Made by a program: the position numbers and the translations under genes. This document shows, piece by piece, positions 60,184 through 64,000 of a stretch of DNA of 64,000 bases; position 1 is the stretch's first letter; each line of letters starts with the position of its first letter. Source of the DNA: Longimicrobiales bacterium (GTDB lineage Bacteria; Gemmatimonadota; Gemmatimonadetes; Longimicrobiales; Gaopeijiaceae). Location: NCBI GenBank assembly GCA_965203485.1, contig OZ241892.1, forward strand, positions 2,784,001-2,848,000, written 5' to 3'. Under the pieces are notes generated by a model. That model was not told the DNA's origin, ran no database searches, and was given only the letters and a program-made list of their open reading frames with translations.

Positions 60184-61512
60184 ATGAGCGGACCGCCGCC
60201 CGCCGAGAAGAAGGGCGTCGCCCGCCTCCGCCGGGTGACCGCCGCGGCCGCCGCCAGGGAACGCGCGCCCGTCGTCCCCGAGGACGCGCTTCCCGCCATT
60301 TCCCGCATCGTGTCGGCGGTGCGCGACCGCGGCACGGACGCCCTGCGGCAGTACGCGGAGTGGTGGGACCAGCTGCCCGTCGGCGCGCCGCTCGTGAAGA
60401 CCAAGGACGAGGCCGGCGCCGCCTTCCGGTCGCTCCCTCGTTCCGAGCGCGAACTCCTGGAGCGGACGGCCGCGCGCATCGAGCGCTTCGCACAAGCGCA
60501 GCTGGACAGCGTCTCGCCGACGCGGATCGACGTGCCCGGCGGAACGGCCGGCGATCGGTTGGCGCCCGTCCGCGTGGCGGGATGCTACGCGCCCGGCGGA
60601 CGATTTCCCTTGCCCTCGTCGGCACTGATGACCGCCGTCACGGCCAGGGTCGCGGGCGTGCGGCAGGTCTGGCTGGCCTCGCCCAATCCCTCCCGGCAGA
60701 TGCTCGCGGCGGCCGCCGTGGCCCAAGTCGACGGAGTGCTCGCCGCCGGAGGCGCGCAGGCGGTGGCGGCCATGGCCTACGGCGTGGCAGTGCCCCGTTG
60801 CGACATGATCGCCGGCCCCGGCAACCAGTGGGTCACGGGAGCCAAGATGCTCCTCGCCGGCGTCGCGGGAGTGGACCTTCTGGCCGGCGCGTCGGAGCTC
60901 GTCGTCCTGTCCGACGAGACGGGCGATCCAAAGCTCATCGCCGCCGACCTGCTGGCTCAAGCCGAGCACGACGAGGCCGCGCTCGCGGCGCTGGTCACGA
61001 CCTCCGCCTCGCTGGCGGCCCGCGTCGACAAGGAACTCGATCGCCAGCTCCAGGACCTGCCGACCGCCGAAACCGCCGCCGCGGCCCTCGCCAACGGGTT
61101 CGCAGTCGTGGCGTCGGAGACCGAGGCCCTCCGCTGCTGCCGGCGCCTGGCCCCGGAGCACCTGGAACTCCACGGCGGCCGCGCCGACCGCTGGGCGGAA
61201 GAACTGGACGCCTTCGGCGCCGTGTTCGTCGGCCAAGCCTCCGCCGAGGTCCTGGGCGATTACGGCCTGGGTCCCAACCACACCCTCCCCACCGGCGGCA
61301 CGGCGCGCTTCGCCAGCGGCCTCTCCGTCTTCTCTTTCCTCCGGCGTCCAACCTGGATTCGCGTGGCGCCCGGCCCAGACCTGAACGCCGCCGCCCGGGA
61401 CGCCGCCGCCCTCGCCCGCATGGAAGGCCTCGACGCCCACGCCCGCGCCGCCGAGATGCGAATCGCCGCCGACGCGGACGAGGGCGGCGCCGGCAGCGAG
61501 GATGCGGGCTGA
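60184..61512 (+). CDS. hisD: Histidinol dehydrogenase
   Basis: GCYAPGG; GGAQAVAAMAYG; GPGN; QAEHD; APEHL; GDYGLGPNHTLPT. Confidence 0.95.
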   Translation: MSGPPPAEKKGVARLRRVTAAAAARERAPVVPEDALPAISRIVSAVRDRGTDALRQYAEWWDQLPVGAPLVKTKDEAGAAFRSLPRSERELLERTAARIERFAQAQLDSVSPTRIDVPGGTAGDRLAPVRVAGCYAPGGRFPLPSSALMTAVTARVAGVRQVWLASPNPSRQMLAAAAVAQVDGVLAAGGAQAVAAMAYGVAVPRCDMIAGPGNQWVTGAKMLLAGVAGVDLLAGASELVVLSDETGDPKLIAADLLAQAEHDEAALAALVTTSASLAARVDKELDRQLQDLPTAETAAAALANGFAVVASETEALRCCRRLAPEHLELHGGRADRWAEELDAFGAVFVGQASAEVLGDYGLGPNHTLPTGGTARFASGLSVFSFLRRPTWIRVAPGPDLNAAARDAAALARMEGLDAHARAAEMRIAADADEGGAGSEDAG

Positions 61513-61700
61513 GACTGCCCCAATCCGCCGCGCGGCCCGGCGCTCCGGTCAAGTTGGTCGAGCGGCAAGACGTCCCGCTGGTCGAGGGACGGCCCGAAAA
61601 GCGGCTTGCGAGGCGTTGCCGACGGACTCAACCTTGAAGGCGCGGCCAGCGGCGCCGGACCGGCCCGTGCCCAACCAACCCCAACAGATGCGGCAGCGAC

Positions 61701-63281
61701 ATGAACTCGAGAACGACAGCCGACCGCCCGCCGCGCAGTTCCTCCGGGCTGCGCCGCTTGCGCCCACCCCTCGCTCGATCGGCTCACGCGGTCAGCGCAA
61801 CGGCCTTCTTGCGGCCAGCGGTCCCCTCCTGGCACCTTGCCGCCGCAACGCTCGCCGTGGCCGTCGCCGCCGATCTCTCCCCGTTGCCCGCCCAGTCCGT
61901 CGAAGCAGGCAAGCGGTCGGCGCTGGACCACGCGACTGCCCTCGCGCCCCTTGTGGCCGACATGTCGTTGCGGCTTTGGGACTTCGCCGAGGTGGCGCTC
62001 CAAGAAACCAGGTCGGCCGCCTACTTGGCGGGCGCTCTGGAGGCGGAGGGATTCGCGGTCGAGCGCGGCGTGGCCGGAATGCCGACGGCCTTCGTGGCGT
62101 CTTGGGCGTCGAACGAGGACGGGCCGGTGCTGGGCGTCCTGGCCGAGTACGACGCGCTGCCCCAGGTCGGCAATGCGGCCGTGCCGAGACTGCAGCCGCG
62201 CGAGGACGGGACGACGCGCGGTCACGGATGCGGGCACAACCTGTTCGGCGCGGCCTCCGTCGCCGCCGCGGTCGCGATCAAGCGCATGATGGCGGAGCAC
62301 GGGACGCCGGGCACGGTGCGCCTCTACGGAACGCCCGCCGAGGAGACCGTGGTCGGCAAGGTCTACATGGCCCGCGACGGCCTGTTCGACGACCTCGACG
62401 CCGCCATCGTGTGGCACCCCGGCCAGAGGACCGCAGTCAGCAACAACCGGGCCCGCGCGCTCAACAACTTCGAGGTCACTTTTCGCGGCCAGGCGGCCCA
62501 CGGCGCCGCCGACCCGTGGAACGGCCGAAGCGCGCTGGACGCCGTCGAACTCATGAACCACGGCGTCAACATGATGCGCGAGCACGTCGAGCCGAGCGCC
62601 CGCATCCACTACGTGATTCCGAACGCCGGCGAAGTCCCCAACGTCGTGCCCGCACACGCCAAGGCGTGGTACTACGTCCGCGACACCACCCGCGCCGCCG
62701 TCGCGGAGAACTACGGCTGGATCCTCGACATCGCGGCCGGTGCCGCCCAGATGACCCGCACCGAGCACGACGTCTTCCTCGTCACCGGCGTCCATCCCTA
62801 CACGCTCGTCCGGCCCCTTCAGGAAGCCATGCAGGCCAACCTCGAGCGGGTGGGGCCGCCCCCGTTCACGGAATCCGACCACGAGTTCGCCAGGGAGCTC
62901 CAACGCTTCCTCGATGTGGAGGCGTCCGGCCTGAACGACACGATCGCTCCGTTGGCGCCCGCGCCTCTGCCTGCGGGCGGCGGCTCGTCGGACGTGGCGG
63001 AAGTGAGCTACATCGCGCCCACGGTGGAGTTCAGCGTGACCACGGCCGCCGAGCACGTTCCGTGGCATTCGTGGGCGACGACGGCGTCCCACGGCACCGC
63101 GGGGGCGCTGAAGGGCGCCGAGGCGGCGGCCAAGGCGTTGGCGCTGATGGGAGCGGAGCTGATGCTGGACGCGGACTTGCTGCGCCGCGCCAAGGAAGCG
63201 CACACCGCGGCGACGGGCGGGAGGCCGTACCGCTCACCGATTCCCGACGGACAGTCCGTGCCCTTGCCGCCGGGCCGGTAG
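61701..63281 (+). CDS. AbgB-type M20 amidohydrolase (aminobenzoyl-glutamate hydrolase B-like), exported
   Basis: GMPTAFVA; LAEYDALP; GHGCGHNLFG; GTPAEE; GRSALDAVELM; GSSDV; PWHSW. Confidence 0.88.
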   Translation: MNSRTTADRPPRSSSGLRRLRPPLARSAHAVSATAFLRPAVPSWHLAAATLAVAVAADLSPLPAQSVEAGKRSALDHATALAPLVADMSLRLWDFAEVALQETRSAAYLAGALEAEGFAVERGVAGMPTAFVASWASNEDGPVLGVLAEYDALPQVGNAAVPRLQPREDGTTRGHGCGHNLFGAASVAAAVAIKRMMAEHGTPGTVRLYGTPAEETVVGKVYMARDGLFDDLDAAIVWHPGQRTAVSNNRARALNNFEVTFRGQAAHGAADPWNGRSALDAVELMNHGVNMMREHVEPSARIHYVIPNAGEVPNVVPAHAKAWYYVRDTTRAAVAENYGWILDIAAGAAQMTRTEHDVFLVTGVHPYTLVRPLQEAMQANLERVGPPPFTESDHEFARELQRFLDVEASGLNDTIAPLAPAPLPAGGGSSDVAEVSYIAPTVEFSVTTAAEHVPWHSWATTASHGTAGALKGAEAAAKALALMGAELMLDADLLRRAKEAHTAATGGRPYRSPIPDGQSVPLPPGR

Positions 63282-63341
63282 CGGCCCGAATCGGCGGCCC
63301 ACGTCTCGAACGCCGCGCGGACCCCGTATCGGGCGAAAGCC

Positions 63342-63503
63342 CTACAGGCGTGAGCCCTTCTTTGGCTGGATGGCGTCCGGCGTGGGCTCGGTCTCCGCGT
63401 CGGCAACCTGGATCGCCCGCTCGGCGACGAAGATCAGGGCCACGCAGAAGAGCAGGGCCAGAGCCTCGAGCTTGCGGCTGGGGCGTCGTCTGATTCGTAC
63501 CAT
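63342..63503 (-). CDS. 53-aa single-TM small protein (not in ORF track)
   Basis: MVRIRRRPSRKLEALALLFCVALIFVAERAIQVADAETEPTPDAIQPKKGSRL*; GGGAGA RBS; sigma54-like motif upstream. Confidence 0.55.
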   Translation of the reverse strand: MVRIRRRPSRKLEALALLFCVALIFVAERAIQVADAETEPTPDAIQPKKGSRL

Positions 63504-63550
63504 GGTTCTCCCCGTCTCTGACTTGTGATTCCTCCGTGCCCCGATCTCCC

Positions 63551-63566
63551 TGCATGAACCGTGCCA
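63551..63566 (-). promoter_or_regulatory. Candidate sigma54 (-24/-12) promoter
   Basis: TGGCACGGTTCATGCA has GG-N10-GC spacing and is close to the TGGCACG-N4-TTGC consensus. Confidence 0.6.
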
Positions 63567-63690
63567 GGATTTTTCGGCCTGGGTCCCGCAACGGATTCCG
63601 AGGCCCGTCCAACACTCGGCGGGCTTGAACCGCCTACGGATTTCGTCGCCTTTTCCTTCGGAGGCGCGGGCCGCGCCGCATTAGCTTCGG

Positions 63691-64000
63691 ATGCCCACCT
63701 GCCGCCCGAATGGGACACCTGTGCTTCAAATCGGACACTTCAGCCGCCGGGTCGACGCCCCCTTGGCCGGCGCCGTTGCGGCCGCATCCAGCCAAGCCTG
63801 CATCTGTCGCGCCGAACTCCGCGTCGGCGCCTTGGCCCGCCGCGCGGCCTTCGCCGTCTTCGTCGTCGCTCCGGCTCTTGCCGCCCTGCCCTTGCCGGCG
63901 AGCCTGGCCGGCGCCCAGGAACTCGGCGGAGCCGCCATCGCGAGCGGCATCACTTCGGTCCCCGGCATTCGGGCGGGGCACTTCACCTATCCCGGAGGGC
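63691..64000 (+). CDS. P1/S58 (DmpA-like) peptidase, 5' part; start uncertain
   Basis: Signal-like ...AVFVVAPALAALPLPASLAGA|QE, then SGITSVPGIRAGHFTY, resembling the DmpA N-terminal ITDVPGIRVGH; open to window end. Confidence 0.65.
   Translation, partial: MPTCRPNGTPVLQIGHFSRRVDAPLAGAVAAASSQACICRAELRVGALARRAAFAVFVVAPALAALPLPASLAGAQELGGAAIASGITSVPGIRAGHFTYPGG

Noticed and set aside
63710..63745. CTTCAAA resembling a tRNA-Sec anticodon loop (also near 53710)
   Set aside because: No cloverleaf, T-loop or acceptor stem could be built.

Overview
High-GC bacterial chromosome segment; gene content is compatible with a Gemmatimonadota-like, possibly host-associated organism (inference only). (1) 1-6440: the 5' part of a giant minus-strand Calx-beta repeat surface protein that the ORF track misses. 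It is built from six near-identical 1053-bp units and has a 22-nt G/C homopolymer abutting a TTGACA box upstream. (2) Housekeeping and peptide-catabolism genes: amidohydrolases, YpdA-type reductase, ygfZ, a Sec(UGA)-containing selD, lon, NUDIX, CDGSH, ETF-QO, mutY and others. Many carry low-complexity in-frame insertions. (3) A low-GC islet at about 22.2-23.7 kb with a split methyltransferase-like gene. (4) An accessory island (28870-35361) bounded by two copies of an IS1182-like element. It carries two 'secreted Cys-rich small protein + partner' units (the first partner is a beta-propeller), an ABC transporter and a thrS fragment. The first peptide has a twin Cx10C pattern split by an in-frame TAG. 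(5) gspE/pilB, menC-like, a basic histone-like protein, a glcD-glcE fusion, glcF, peptidases, fxsA, ispH and lpdA. (6) A complete his operon with hisC-HAD and hisA-hisIE fusions, an AbgB-type hydrolase, a 53-aa membrane protein behind a candidate sigma54 promoter, and the start of a DmpA/P1 peptidase. All family calls are from motif recognition by eye; no searches were run.
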